DNA of 64,000 nt, taken from the IMG/VR virus record IMGVR_UViG_3300008107_000416. One strand, given 5' to 3'. Shown piece by piece: positions 17,877 through 29,124 of the stretch. The first letter of the stretch is position 1. Each line of letters starts with the position of its first letter. This DNA is from an uncultured virus (IMG/VR IMGVR_UViG_3300008107_000416). Taxonomy: Duplodnaviria; Heunggongvirae; Uroviricota; Caudoviricetes. The notes beneath the pieces are model-generated. The model was not told the DNA's origin. It worked only from the letters and a program-made list of their open reading frames with translations, and made no database searches. The position numbers and the translations under genes are program-made.

Positions 17877-19922
17877 GATACACAATCAATAACTCTTACG
17901 ACCTCTGTTTGTGGTCTTTGTGTGGTCGTCATAACAGGTCGCAGGATTGCTCCAGAACCAGTTAGTGTCCTAATATTTAGTTCTGGCAGGGACTGATAGG
18001 TGCTCTGCTTTCTAATTTCAACGGTTGATACTCTACCATCACTGAATGTAACCTTAACATCGTCATTCTCAACTACATCATTATCAGTATATCCACTACC
18101 AGGATTCTCAATTACCACAGTACCAATATAAGATTCTTCTGGTGCTTCTGCTGGATAGTTTTCACCTTCACTGAATACAACGACAGAAGTTACCTGCCCA
18201 TAAGTTGGTGAATTCATATTTGTATCAATGATTGCTCTACCATAGGCACCATATCCCTGCTCACATCCATCACTAAAGGCAACAAATGGAGCATCTGTAT
18301 ATCCTTCTCCAGGTCTTGTGATGTTTACACCGATAATACTTGCGGTCTTCTGAACTCCACCAAAAATATCATCTTTGTCTATCTTATTAATGAAGTTGCC
18401 AAGAATAACCTGTCCAGACGCACCAGCACCGCCACCACCGAAGAATTCAACTTTAGGTGCTCCACACTTAAAGATGTTTCCAGTGTTACATGGTGGTAGT
18501 TCTGAACCAGCATCACCAACGGTCTCACCAAAGATAGACCATTTTCCATATTGTCTTTGGAAGTCACCAATAAGATTTCCAGCACCTTCAGACAGTGAAT
18601 AATCAAGTGCCTTATCTAGGAAGTCTTTCTGTTGATTATTATCCTTATCCTTTTGAACACCCTTGTCAATTACATACTTATAAGTTGTTGGGCACTTCTT
18701 CTTCTCACCACATTTGAATAGATTGGCAATCTTACGAATCGTATTAATTCCTTTCAAAATTGCATCTCGTAGATTAAATACCACTCCAATGATTTTTGAA
18801 ATCGGTCCAAGAAGTGGTCCAATGAAGGAATCAATAAGACCAGTAATCTTTGATGTAAGGGCTCCAATGAATTCTTGTACGGCACAGACAGGAACATTGA
18901 GAACATTCTTGACCATGCTGACAATCATATCCTCAATCACGCCAACCAATGCGTCTGATATTTTGGCAACCAGACATTTAATTGCGTCAAATAATTTCTT
19001 GGAAAAATTTAGTACATCTGATTGAACACCAATCACTTTTGCCAAAGCTTCAATTGGACTGGAGACGGCATTAAAGATCTTTTGAGCAACACCAGCAAGA
19101 CCTTCCTTAATCCATTTAACCAGTGCTTTTGTCACCGTGTTCATAATCTGCCCAATAAACTGTTTGGAAGCAGTTCCAATTAAATCAACAATTGATTTAA
19201 TTTCTCCAGGTAGATTTAGAACAAAATTACCAGCTTTTGTAATCTTTTTAAAGAAGTTTTGGAGGAATGATTCAACTTGGGCAAAGAAGTTATTTTTACA
19301 AGGATCAGCAAGAATAACAGAATTACCTGTGGTTTCTGATGCTGGATCAACATCTGGTTTTTTTCTTCTCTTCCATTCTTCTTGCCTCTGTTGCCATGCT
19401 ACAAATTCTTCTGCCGAAAACTTATCCTTCTCTTCCTTTCGTGAGTTCTTCTGCTTTTGGTATTGGACTCTCTGTTGCTTCTTGTCCTGGTTGTGGTGCT
19501 GCTGGTTGTGGTGCTGTTGTTTCTCCTTTCGTTATTGCAACATCTGTAAGATATTCTGTTAATGTGGTAGGTTCTATCTTACGAATTTCGCTGATATTAG
19601 TATTTGAAAGAGTCTCTAATTTGGATGCAAAAGCACTGTCAAATCCTTGTAACTGATTTCTTCCTACTACAGTGGGTAGATATGACTCAGTAACAGAAAC
19701 AAATCTATCAAATCCCTGTGCTGTACTAAATTCACCCATAAGGACATACTTTTGGGTCGTTCCTTTAATATCTGCAGAAAGTTGATCATTTATTTTTTTT
19801 GCATAGTTATAATCAGCATCAGATGCTTCAAGAAAAACTAGGAGTCCCAAACTAGTTTCTTCAATAAAATATTTTTGACCGTTTTTTTCAAACCTTCTAA
19901 TTATTTTTCTATCTTCTGCCAT
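17873..19922 (-). CDS. baseplate hub/gp5-associated protein, apparently one gene split by a frameshift near 19440
   Basis: the frame of 17873..19144 stays open for >100 codons upstream without a start and overlaps the end of 19422..19922. Confidence 0.6.
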
Positions 19923-19957
19923 TTCTCAATCTACCTCCTTGTTCTGATATTTATTAC

Positions 19958-20851
19958 TCACCAAAGATTTCCAGTTTCTGTTGGAGTAGGTAATTCGGCA
20001 GCAGGATTGTATATTTTTGCTTTTGCAGGGTCATATGTGACTGGTTTATCAAACTTTGTTCCACCTGTTCTGGCATCGGCAGGTTGAAGTTCTTGTCCTG
20101 CTGAATAATATCCAACTCCATTCCATTTGTATCCTTTATCATTATATAACTTTCCATCTGGTGGTGTAAAGGTTGGACTTCCAGTGCGAGTTGTTCCAGT
20201 TTGAAGCATTGGTGGATCTGAATTATTCAAACGATTATAAAGTGATGCCGAAACTGAATTTTTTATTGGTGTTGGTGGAGGTGTGACTGCTGCGACTTTG
20301 TTTTCTGTTTTGGGATCTATTCCCATCTGTTTTTGTAACTGTTCCTTTGGAGTTTGTCTTTGTTGATTGGTTCCGTTATTATTTGTCTGTGGTTTCAATT
20401 GTGGAGTGCTTGGACCATCATTCTCGTTTGCCTCTTGCTTCTTGAGCAATCCTGGTTTTAGAGTATTGGTAAATCCAGACTTGGGATCAAACTTTCCAGA
20501 TCCACCGTACTTAATACCAGATGTTCTTGGAAAGGCACCAATGATTAATGGGATTTCTGCGTTTGCTCCCATGTAAATTCCAAATACTACATCACCTTGA
20601 GAGTATCTTGCCGATCTATATCTACCACCGCCACCTGTACCATCAGATGCCGAAAGTAAAGATATGGCATAAACTGTATTTTCATCAGTAACTTCGTCAC
20701 TATTGGGATAGTATCCCATGATACGAACTTTATATCTCCATCCCCATCCAAAACCAGAGACTTGTTCCTTTTGGGAATTAAATGGAACTATAATTCCAGT
20801 CCAAAAAGAAGATGAATTCTTACCAAAAAATCCTATGTTGTCTATTGCCAT
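19958..20851 (-). CDS. baseplate hub gp5-like N-terminal (OB-fold) protein
   Basis: FWTGIIV...RYKVRIMGYY...GDVVFGIY...PLIIG. Confidence 0.75.
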   Translation of the reverse strand: MAIDNIGFFGKNSSSFWTGIIVPFNSQKEQVSGFGWGWRYKVRIMGYYPNSDEVTDENTVYAISLLSASDGTGGGGRYRSARYSQGDVVFGIYMGANAEIPLIIGAFPRTSGIKYGGSGKFDPKSGFTNTLKPGLLKKQEANENDGPSTPQLKPQTNNNGTNQQRQTPKEQLQKQMGIDPKTENKVAAVTPPPTPIKNSVSASLYNRLNNSDPPMLQTGTTRTGSPTFTPPDGKLYNDKGYKWNGVGYYSAGQELQPADARTGGTKFDKPVTYDPAKAKIYNPAAELPTPTETGNLW

Positions 20852-20852
20852 T

Positions 20853-22115
20853 TTACTTCTTATACAATCCGTAAGTGTCTCTCACCAAAGTTAATGATGT
20901 AAATGATCTCTTTGGATCAAAACTATGACACAAATGTGCTATTAGATATTTACCACTTTGGTGTTCATCAAATGCTCCTAGATTTTTATTTTCTACCGTA
21001 ACCTTCTCAAAGAAACAATTTACAACATCACCCGCTTTTAATTGCGGATTACAAGGTACTACTATATTTAAACCTTGAGTGAACAGAAGATTATATCTCA
21101 TTGAAGATCTTGCTTGCCACTCTCTAGGATCATTATTCACATTAATACTAACTTCAGAATCCATACTACCAACATCTAAAATATGATAGTGTATTCTTGT
21201 GAAATCATCAAGATCCACTGGAATGTCTACTTGCTTTCCAAGATATGTTTCCAGTTTTTGATCACTCAATTTTACAATTTTTTCGCTATATTCATAGTTG
21301 TATGGATTAAAGAATATATTTTTAGAGGCATAGACCCCAGATCTTAAAGCATTTATAGTATTTTGATTCTTAAATGGTTTTAGAGAAAGAATTTTAAAAT
21401 CATTATCATCATCTGCTCTTAATACTGAATTTCTTACATAAGTTGCCTTTGGAGCCTGCGAGATCAATTTTGTTATTGATTTAAAGTTGACACCATCGGC
21501 GGTTTCATAAAAGAAATAACCAGGATCTTTACCATCTGCTGGAATAGATTTTGATGCCAATTCCAAAACAACTTTAAAGGCATCTTTACCACTACCATTA
21601 AAGTTATATGGTATTTTTGTGTCATCAATAAAAATTTTATTCTTTTTAATTTTTAAATCTTGCTCCAGAATACTTCTAACACTATCGGATATTTTACCAG
21701 TGTACTTTCTGTATACAATAGATTTTTCATTTAGTACTGATAATCTTGATGTTAGGGCAATCGCAAATGCTTCTCTATTTGCTTCTTGTGCGGCAACTGG
21801 AGCACCATTAACAACCAATGGATTTAATTCAAAGTCTAGAGTGCCTTGTTTAGATCTAATTTTAAACTCAACATTTTCATTTCCAGTGATTGGGAGTGAA
21901 TTGACAATTGATCCAACCCTACCTTGACTATCTTGTGCTCTATCAGTCGGAACGGGTGAACTACCAGTATCAACAATTACCATATTGGCAGTCACAACAG
22001 GAGAAAATAAACTCTCATAATATCTAAAAGATATTGTTTTACCAGCAAGATCTACTCTCTTCCCGTTTCTGTCAATATATAAGTGTTCGTATAAAGAGGA
22101 TACTGATGCTGACAT
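20853..22115 (-). CDS. baseplate hub / tail protein (gp27-like)
   Basis: YYESLFSP, YFFYETADGVNFKSI, LKAGDVV, SGKYLIAHLCH. Confidence 0.65.
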   Translation of the reverse strand: MSASVSSLYEHLYIDRNGKRVDLAGKTISFRYYESLFSPVVTANMVIVDTGSSPVPTDRAQDSQGRVGSIVNSLPITGNENVEFKIRSKQGTLDFELNPLVVNGAPVAAQEANREAFAIALTSRLSVLNEKSIVYRKYTGKISDSVRSILEQDLKIKKNKIFIDDTKIPYNFNGSGKDAFKVVLELASKSIPADGKDPGYFFYETADGVNFKSITKLISQAPKATYVRNSVLRADDDNDFKILSLKPFKNQNTINALRSGVYASKNIFFNPYNYEYSEKIVKLSDQKLETYLGKQVDIPVDLDDFTRIHYHILDVGSMDSEVSINVNNDPREWQARSSMRYNLLFTQGLNIVVPCNPQLKAGDVVNCFFEKVTVENKNLGAFDEHQSGKYLIAHLCHSFDPKRSFTSLTLVRDTYGLYKK

Positions 22116-22120
22116 TTATA

Positions 22121-23767
22121 TTACACTAAAAGTAATGGATTTATTTCTGGTACAGAATTATTTGTGGATTCACCACTACTATTTACTCTGATAAGTTGAG
22201 GAAATGGTACTGGTTTTTCAATTACTTGAGTAACAAAGAAATCAACGGCATTCATTGCTAATGAAGTCTCATCTGGGACTTGTCCGATTTTTCTACTTAC
22301 TTTTTGTGGTTCAACTTTAGATTTTTTCTTGTCCTTTATTTTCTTAAGTGCTTCGGCAGTTGGTCCACTACTCAAATGCCCAAGAAGATACTTATTTCCG
22401 TTTTCATCTACAATAATTAAACTATTACCATATCCAGCATTATAACCCTCATCATATTCTAAAAATTTTAAGTTTCCACCAATGGTGACAGAAGTTCCAG
22501 AGTTTGCTGGAAAATCAAATCCTCTATGATTTCTTCCAGCACCAAGTCCATCTCCTTGTGATAATTTACTTAAAGGAACTCCACCAATAAAAACATTATC
22601 TAAAACATTTTTTGGAATCGTTCCACCAGCACCACCATATCCATCTCCTGTTTCAATGTGTAAGTGTGGTCCATAAGATCTACCTGTGCTGCCAACTGTT
22701 CCAAGAACATCACCTGGATCAACTTTAATACCACCTGGAGTAGTTACACCTCCTGGTCCAGGTCTTGTTGCCGTAGGTGGTATATATGGTGCTCCAGGAG
22801 GACTAGGAGGACCAGGAGGTTTACCAGTATCTTCCCCTTTTAAGACTTTTAAGAACTGCTCTAAACTTTGATTTACCTTATCAAAATTATCAGTGACTCC
22901 ATCTCGTCCACCCAGAATTGATGAATTAATCCTAGCATCAGATGCCACAGTACCAAAAGTTTCAAAGGCATTTGTACTTTCAATTGCCTTTCTTCCCATT
23001 GCCGTTGGAGTTGCTCCTCTAAAAGATCTTCCTATTCTAGAAGTTTGTCCGCCTTTAACCGTACCACCTTTTGCAAATTTTTGTAGTGGTTGTGATGGTT
23101 GATTTGATGATTGTGGATTTGGTGATGCTGTTGATTGAGAAGGTGGTGAAGCACTTTGGGGTGTCTGGGCAGGATACATTGATCCTGGAGCAGCCATTGG
23201 TGGAGATGGTGTAGTTTTTGTTGGAGTTTGTTTTGGATTAAGAAAATTATTCCAAATACTATATGCTCCATTTGCTATTGCGATTACTTTATCAATTTCA
23301 TCCTGAACTTTTTTCAATTCTTTCATCATATTTTGTTGAACTGCCTTTGGATATTTGGTAACCAACCAAATTATGCCCATAACACCATCGGCAATCGCAG
23401 ATATTGTAAATTTAACAACATCAATTAACCATTTATTATCAGAAAAGAATTGTTTTAGTTGTGCGATTATTTTTGGAAGATTATTAATTATAAGTCCAAG
23501 TAAAACAATACCAAAAAATTCTTTAAGTTTATCAAGGAAACTCATTGGAGCACTAACGATTCTAGACTTTAACCATTCTGTAGATTTTTGTATTGGTCCC
23601 TTTTCTAATCTTTTCTCTTCTGCTTCTATTTTTCTTCTTTTTTCTGATATAAATGAATAACGACTTTCTTCAACTCTTAATTTTCTTAACTGCTTATTGT
23701 AACCAGTTAAAGTATTTCTTATATTAGTTGCGTTAATTTTTAATTTTTGTACTTGTATTTGTTCCAT
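22121..23767 (-). CDS. virion tail (tape-measure-like) protein with M23 peptidase motifs
   Basis: helical N-terminus; GSTGRSYGPHLHIE, HRGFDF, GYGNSLII. Confidence 0.7.
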   Translation of the reverse strand: MEQIQVQKLKINATNIRNTLTGYNKQLRKLRVEESRYSFISEKRRKIEAEEKRLEKGPIQKSTEWLKSRIVSAPMSFLDKLKEFFGIVLLGLIINNLPKIIAQLKQFFSDNKWLIDVVKFTISAIADGVMGIIWLVTKYPKAVQQNMMKELKKVQDEIDKVIAIANGAYSIWNNFLNPKQTPTKTTPSPPMAAPGSMYPAQTPQSASPPSQSTASPNPQSSNQPSQPLQKFAKGGTVKGGQTSRIGRSFRGATPTAMGRKAIESTNAFETFGTVASDARINSSILGGRDGVTDNFDKVNQSLEQFLKVLKGEDTGKPPGPPSPPGAPYIPPTATRPGPGGVTTPGGIKVDPGDVLGTVGSTGRSYGPHLHIETGDGYGGAGGTIPKNVLDNVFIGGVPLSKLSQGDGLGAGRNHRGFDFPANSGTSVTIGGNLKFLEYDEGYNAGYGNSLIIVDENGNKYLLGHLSSGPTAEALKKIKDKKKSKVEPQKVSRKIGQVPDETSLAMNAVDFFVTQVIEKPVPFPQLIRVNSSGESTNNSVPEINPLLLV

Positions 23768-23770
23768 ACT

Positions 23771-25460
23771 TTATACAAAAATTCCGTACATTCTTGGTGT
23801 CAACATCATATAATCATTTGCCAAATTTACACTGGATACATCTGGTTCATCAGTTGCCATACCACCATCAATAGGTGGCATTTTATAATTAGCAGTTTTA
23901 GTTGGTAAGGTAATTGGAATTGTTGTTCTCGTAACTGGTCTAGTCGGTTTTTTAAGATCAGAATGAACTATTAGAGTTGGAAGAACCAAAGTTGGACTAG
24001 ATGCCTGTGGAGATCTTAAACCATATCCACCACCTTTTGGTTTTTTAAATTTGTCAAGTCTTTCTTTATTGACAAAATCATCAAGTTGTTTTTTGAATAC
24101 TTGTAGACTATTGTTTAAATTATTTAAAGCAGAACGAGTGGTCTGATTATAGGTGACCATATCACGAATCGCAGTGCTGAAAGTATTCCACATCCTTCCA
24201 GCATTGTTATTAATGTCTTTCAGAAGTGGTCTGAATAAGTTTGCTGCTGATGTTCTTATGACTTCCTCACCAGGAGCCAACATCGCTGGAACACTATCAA
24301 CATTTCCAGGTCCTCTGCCGCCGATTGTTCCACCTTGAGATCTTCCAACTAGTGTTTTACCGACACTTTTCAAAAGTTGATCAACTGTAATTTCATTGAT
24401 ATATGCCAATTCTTCTAGCGTATTGGCGTTTGTTCTTCCCCCTCTACTGGCAAGTTTTTCTTTTATTTGTTTTACAATTTCATCTTCTGTTCCTACTCTT
24501 TTCTTAATTGGATTTTTTGCCCCTTGCCTTACTACTTCTGTAGATCCCCTTCTTGCTCCTTGCCTTACTGTAGTTTTTATTCCATATTTTGCCGCAAGTC
24601 TACCAAACAATGGAACAACTAAAGGTTCATCTCCGGGAATAGCAGGTATAAGTAGAGCAATAATACCAACAATAGTAGCAATATCAAGGGCTATATCTGC
24701 TATATTCCAAGCAGTTTGCCACCAAGGTTTTCCCTGTGGTTTTTGTCCTGGTTGTTGAACTGGTTGTTGAACTGGTTTCTGTCTTGGAATTAAACCAAAT
24801 AAAGGAGAAAAGACTCTCGTTTTCTTTAAAGTTTCGGCAAGTTTTTCAGCATACAATTCTTTTAATTGTACCAAGAAGTTTTAATATTTTGTATACACCA
24901 AATGTTATTAATATTTCTTTCCAGTAGTCTTTAACAAAATTAAAAAATTCTTTTAACTTCTCTCTATTTTCTTTTTTTTCTAACCATTTGAAAGCATTAT
25001 TAACTATAAGACCAGTAACAATAATGCTAAAGAAATCTAATATCCTCTGGAAAATACTTTTTGCTGGTGCTGCTACTTTATCAAATGCTTTAAATATACC
25101 CGATCCAAAACTTCTTACTGATTCAAGAGCAGATTCTTCTTTTGCCGCTCTTTCTCTAGTAACTCTTATTTTTGATGCTCTTAATGCCTGCTGTCTTTCG
25201 GTAATTCTCGTGGCAAAATCTAGTGCTAATTGATTTTGAATCTCAACGAGAATTCTATTTGTTTCCGCAAGAGTTTCTACTTGTGATGTTTCCGCCTTCA
25301 GTGCTGCTGGCGTAATTTTTGGTCTAATGAAACTGAATGTAGATTTTCTTAATTTTGGACCAGAACCAGATTGAGCACCACGCATCACCGAAGAAGAGAT
25401 GTTTCTTCTACTAATCTTCGGTATTGATGGTGCTCTATAAATCTGTTCGTTAAATTCCAC
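23771..25460 (-). CDS. tape-measure-like tail protein, split into two overlapping ORFs at ~24860
   Basis: 24846..25460 and 23771..24874 overlap; N-terminus resembles 22121..23767; DSVPAMLAPGEEVI motif. Confidence 0.55.
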
Positions 25461-25626
25461 TCTGCTGTGCCTTTAAGTTTTCTTCTTCAATATAATTTTG
25501 AAGTAGACCAACATAAACTTCGCGTTCCCACGGCATCATATTTTCAAGTTCAGTCAATGAGTATTTATGATGCTGCATGAGGGCAAAGTTTGTTTGGTAG
25601 TATGACTCAAGATTAGTATGAGCCAT
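25450..25626 (-). CDS. gp51: baseplate hub assembly catalyst gp51
   Basis: NFALMQHHKYSLTELENMMPWEREVY. Confidence 0.85.
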   Translation of the reverse strand: MAHTNLESYYQTNFALMQHHKYSLTELENMMPWEREVYVGLLQNYIEEENLKAQQSGI

Positions 25627-25628
25627 AC

Positions 25629-26351
25629 TCAAGTGAAAAAACTTGCCAGACCCTCCAGCACAATTTCACTTTCAACTTTTGTATTAGGATTTTTAACTTT
25701 AACAGTATGAGACAACTTGGGCATAGTTACAAAGAAACTTTCAATTTCTTTAAACTGCTTTGTGTTCATTTGCTCCACGAACTCTTCAAGTTCTTTTTTA
25801 GTACAGTCAGCAGCACTCCAAGATTCTTCTTCGTCATAAACAACATCAATACAAGATGTAATCATTGAAAGAGACTTGTTTACATCAGATTCAGTCTCAT
25901 TAACCTCAAAGTTATTTTCAACAAATTGTTCTAGTGATGGATACTTTAATTTCATTGAAAGTCTATCATCAATTTTCACAATATTTGAATGATTTGGATC
26001 CTTCTGTACCTTAATATCATCAATATTAATTTCCATTTGAACTTGCGTCTCACCATCATCTGGGCAAGTCACATTGACTTCAACAGTCTCACCAACGGAT
26101 TTGGCACGGACATTAAGGAACAAATACTCAATATCAAAGGTTGATAGTTCTGATACTTTAACCGTTTTTGTGGCAATACAATCAGAAAGAATTTGAACAA
26201 TGGCATTTGAAATCTGCTTTGTATCTTCAGATTCAAGTGCCATGATTAGAATTTTTTCTTCTCTGACTAGAAAAGGTCTATATCTAATTTTCTTTCCAGT
26301 AGAGGGCAATTCCAACTCATATGTTGGTGTAGAGATCTTTGGTAAAGGCAT
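25629..26351 (-). CDS. gp26: baseplate hub subunit gp26
   Basis: MPLPKISTPTYEL...YRPFLVREEKIL...FDIEYLFLNVRAKSVGE. Confidence 0.9.
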   Translation of the reverse strand: MPLPKISTPTYELELPSTGKKIRYRPFLVREEKILIMALESEDTKQISNAIVQILSDCIATKTVKVSELSTFDIEYLFLNVRAKSVGETVEVNVTCPDDGETQVQMEINIDDIKVQKDPNHSNIVKIDDRLSMKLKYPSLEQFVENNFEVNETESDVNKSLSMITSCIDVVYDEEESWSAADCTKKELEEFVEQMNTKQFKEIESFFVTMPKLSHTVKVKNPNTKVESEIVLEGLASFFT

Positions 26352-26384
26352 AATAACCTATAGAAATTCAGTTATGATTATTTA

Positions 26385-27251
26385 TTACCTCTCTCTAGGT
26401 CCTCTAACACCAGTGTTAGTCGCCCTTTGTCTGGAAAGATTTATTTGTTCCGCAGATTTACTCAATCCCTCTTGATATGCTTTATTCCAATCAGCATCAG
26501 AAAGACCAAAATTTGATGTCCTTTCAACTGGTTTTCCTGTTGCTGGATTAATGGGTCTTTCTACTACATTCGTCGCTGTTTCTGATTTTGCTCCATCACT
26601 TGCTCCATTCCCCGATACCGATGATTGCTCCTCCTCATAGATATAACGATCATAATTCATTGTTACCGTAACTTTAAGAAGGTCTGTTGGACCATAACTT
26701 ACTGGAATACTTGTTACTGATTTTGGAAAAGCATTAATAAACTGATAAACGATACTTCTTTCTCTACCGAACAAATAATCTCGTTCAAATTTTTTAATAT
26801 AAATTTGAGAATTCTTATAGTATTTTGGATAATTAAATCTTCTAAAAGCATTAGTATCTGGATTACTAGAAGCAGCAAAAGATCCACCACCAGATATAAA
26901 ATTCATCCAGAATTCAAAAAATCTTAATACATTATAATCATGATCAATATAAAAAGTAAAATCAATGTCAGTATAGATTCTAGTATGGGCAAACTCTTGA
27001 GTTACTCCTATAAAATTATCTTTAACTTCTGCAGTAGCATAGGTAGAAGACGGTAAAGAAGCATCAGCACATAACAATCCTAATGTGGTTCCAAAACTTG
27101 TAAAATCTATACCTTTCCCTTTTAATTGCTCTAGAAATGTACCTTGCCATCCAGGACCAATAAAAACTTGATATAGATTAGTCGTCGCCACATCGCCAAA
27201 ATACACTTTGGCATTACGCATTGTAATGTCAGTTATTGCTGGAACACCCAT
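26385..27251 (-). CDS. tail tube initiator / gp19-gp54 family protein
   Basis: ASLPSST...DFTFYID...FFEFWMNFI...NAFPKSVTSIPVSY. Confidence 0.75.
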   Translation of the reverse strand: MGVPAITDITMRNAKVYFGDVATTNLYQVFIGPGWQGTFLEQLKGKGIDFTSFGTTLGLLCADASLPSSTYATAEVKDNFIGVTQEFAHTRIYTDIDFTFYIDHDYNVLRFFEFWMNFISGGGSFAASSNPDTNAFRRFNYPKYYKNSQIYIKKFERDYLFGRERSIVYQFINAFPKSVTSIPVSYGPTDLLKVTVTMNYDRYIYEEEQSSVSGNGASDGAKSETATNVVERPINPATGKPVERTSNFGLSDADWNKAYQEGLSKSAEQINLSRQRATNTGVRGPRER

Positions 27252-27291
27252 CTAAATACCTTATACGAGTCTTACATTATTAGATATTTAG

Positions 27292-27726
27292 ATGGCATAT
27301 AAGGGAAAATACCAACCATCGTACCCACAAAAATACAAAGGAGATCCAACAAACATCATTTATAGATCTCTATGGGAAAGAAAATTTATGGTGTATTGTG
27401 ATTTGAATGAAAGAGTATTAGAATGGGGTTCAGAAGAAATCGCACTTCCATACCGTTCTCCAGTTGATAACAAAGTTCATAGATATTTTCCTGACTTTTA
27501 TATCAAGGTTAAGGAATCAACAGGTCATATTAAAAAATATCTAATTGAGATTAAACCAAAGAAACAGACCGCACCACCAACAAAACCAAAAAGACAAACC
27601 AAAGGTTATATCTATGAGGTTTATGAGTATGCTAAAAATCAGGCAAAGTGGGAAGCGGCAAAAGAGTTTTGTAAAGATCGTTTGTGGGAATTCAAAGTTT
27701 TAACCGAAGATGAATTAGGTATATAA
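27292..27726 (+). CDS. gp4: head completion nuclease gp4
   Basis: YKGDPTNIIYRSLWERKFM, HRYFPDF, IEIKP, NQAKWEAA. Confidence 0.92.
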   Translation: MAYKGKYQPSYPQKYKGDPTNIIYRSLWERKFMVYCDLNERVLEWGSEEIALPYRSPVDNKVHRYFPDFYIKVKESTGHIKKYLIEIKPKKQTAPPTKPKRQTKGYIYEVYEYAKNQAKWEAAKEFCKDRLWEFKVLTEDELGI

Positions 27727-27727
27727 G

Positions 27728-28129
27728 ATGCCTAGAAAGACACTCAAACAAAGACAAGGAAAAAATCCAACCGATGATAATGAAAATCGGATTCGTTCTG
27801 TCATTGATAGTGTTATTGGTAATGAAGATCCTGATGATTTAATGCTTGAGATTCTGAATGTTTTACAAGAAAGTGGACGAGTTCCAAGAGTAGGAAAATA
27901 TTATACTTTTGTTTACCGTCCAAAGACACCCAATATAACTTATGATCAAAATCCCCTAGTCGCAGTCACTGAAGTTTTCCGATGGGGATTCAAAGGTATT
28001 AATTTTCATTGGGGTGAATTGAGGCAATATACCTATGATGAGATTGCTGGGCAATTATATGAGATTTATTCAGAAGAACTTGCCGACTTAAGAGAAGTTC
28101 CTTTTGCCAATATCCGTCTAAATAGTTAA
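27728..28129 (+). CDS. gp2 (DNA end protector)-like short protein
   Basis: GKYYTFVYRPKT..YDQNPLV..GFKGINFHW; synteny with gp4. Confidence 0.55.
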   Translation: MPRKTLKQRQGKNPTDDNENRIRSVIDSVIGNEDPDDLMLEILNVLQESGRVPRVGKYYTFVYRPKTPNITYDQNPLVAVTEVFRWGFKGINFHWGELRQYTYDEIAGQLYEIYSEELADLREVPFANIRLNS

Positions 28130-28143
28130 AAAAGTAGCCAAAA

Positions 28144-29124
28144 ATGGCAGTAGAACTTTATAGATATCCGACAGAAAATATACAAAAAGGTATAGATTAC
28201 CTTCATATTAATGTGGTTGAAACTAAATTTGGAAAATCAAATCAGGTAACTACAGCGAATACTGTTTATGTAAACAGTGGACAAAAAAATCCCAGTGGAC
28301 CTGGACCTGGTGGAACTTATCCAGCACAATTAACAACCACTGTCAACACTCTTATAAAAAATGCTGGATTTGCCAGAAATAAAAATCGAAATATAAAAGC
28401 ATCAATTATTTTACCAATGCCATCAAATATAACTGACACAAATCAGGTCAATTATTCTGATGATACTTTAGATGCTGTAACTGCAGAAGTTGCTGGATAT
28501 GCTGGATCTATGATGAGGTCAAGTTCCGCCACGGAAATTGCCAATAAAATGTCGGCATTTGTAACTGGTATTGGAGCGAGAGGAGATCAATTAAAAGATA
28601 TTTACCTTGGACAACTTGCTGCTTCTGCTGGACAATTAGCTGGCGTTGGAAATATAACACTTAACCAAATTCTAGCAAGAGGTGAAAATCAAATATTAAA
28701 TCCAAATATGGAACTGCTTTTTAATGGCCCAACAATACGCAATTTTAGATTTTCATTTAAAATGACCCCAAGAGATGAAAATGAAAGTGAGCATGTACTA
28801 GGTATTATCAGAACATTCAAACAAAATATGGCTCCAAAAGCAAGTGATAAATTCTTTTTAGGTGCTCCAAATATTTTTGAACTAAATTATTTACAAACAA
28901 CAGCAAAGAAAGGAGAAGTACAATATCATTCATTTTTACACAAATTTAAACAATGTGCTCTCACAGATATAACTATAAACTACACTGGAGAAAATGTATA
29001 TGCAACTTATGCTGATGGAACTCCTGTTTCCATCATTATGGATTTAACATTCAAAGAACTTGAACCAATTTATGATATTGATTATACCTCCACACCTGAA
29101 GGAAGACACGCAGTAGGATACTAA
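28144..29124 (+). CDS. gp48: baseplate tail tube cap gp48
   Basis: NPNMELLFNGPTIRNFRFSFKMTPR, MDLTFKELEP. Confidence 0.88.
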   Translation: MAVELYRYPTENIQKGIDYLHINVVETKFGKSNQVTTANTVYVNSGQKNPSGPGPGGTYPAQLTTTVNTLIKNAGFARNKNRNIKASIILPMPSNITDTNQVNYSDDTLDAVTAEVAGYAGSMMRSSSATEIANKMSAFVTGIGARGDQLKDIYLGQLAASAGQLAGVGNITLNQILARGENQILNPNMELLFNGPTIRNFRFSFKMTPRDENESEHVLGIIRTFKQNMAPKASDKFFLGAPNIFELNYLQTTAKKGEVQYHSFLHKFKQCALTDITINYTGENVYATYADGTPVSIIMDLTFKELEPIYDIDYTSTPEGRHAVGY

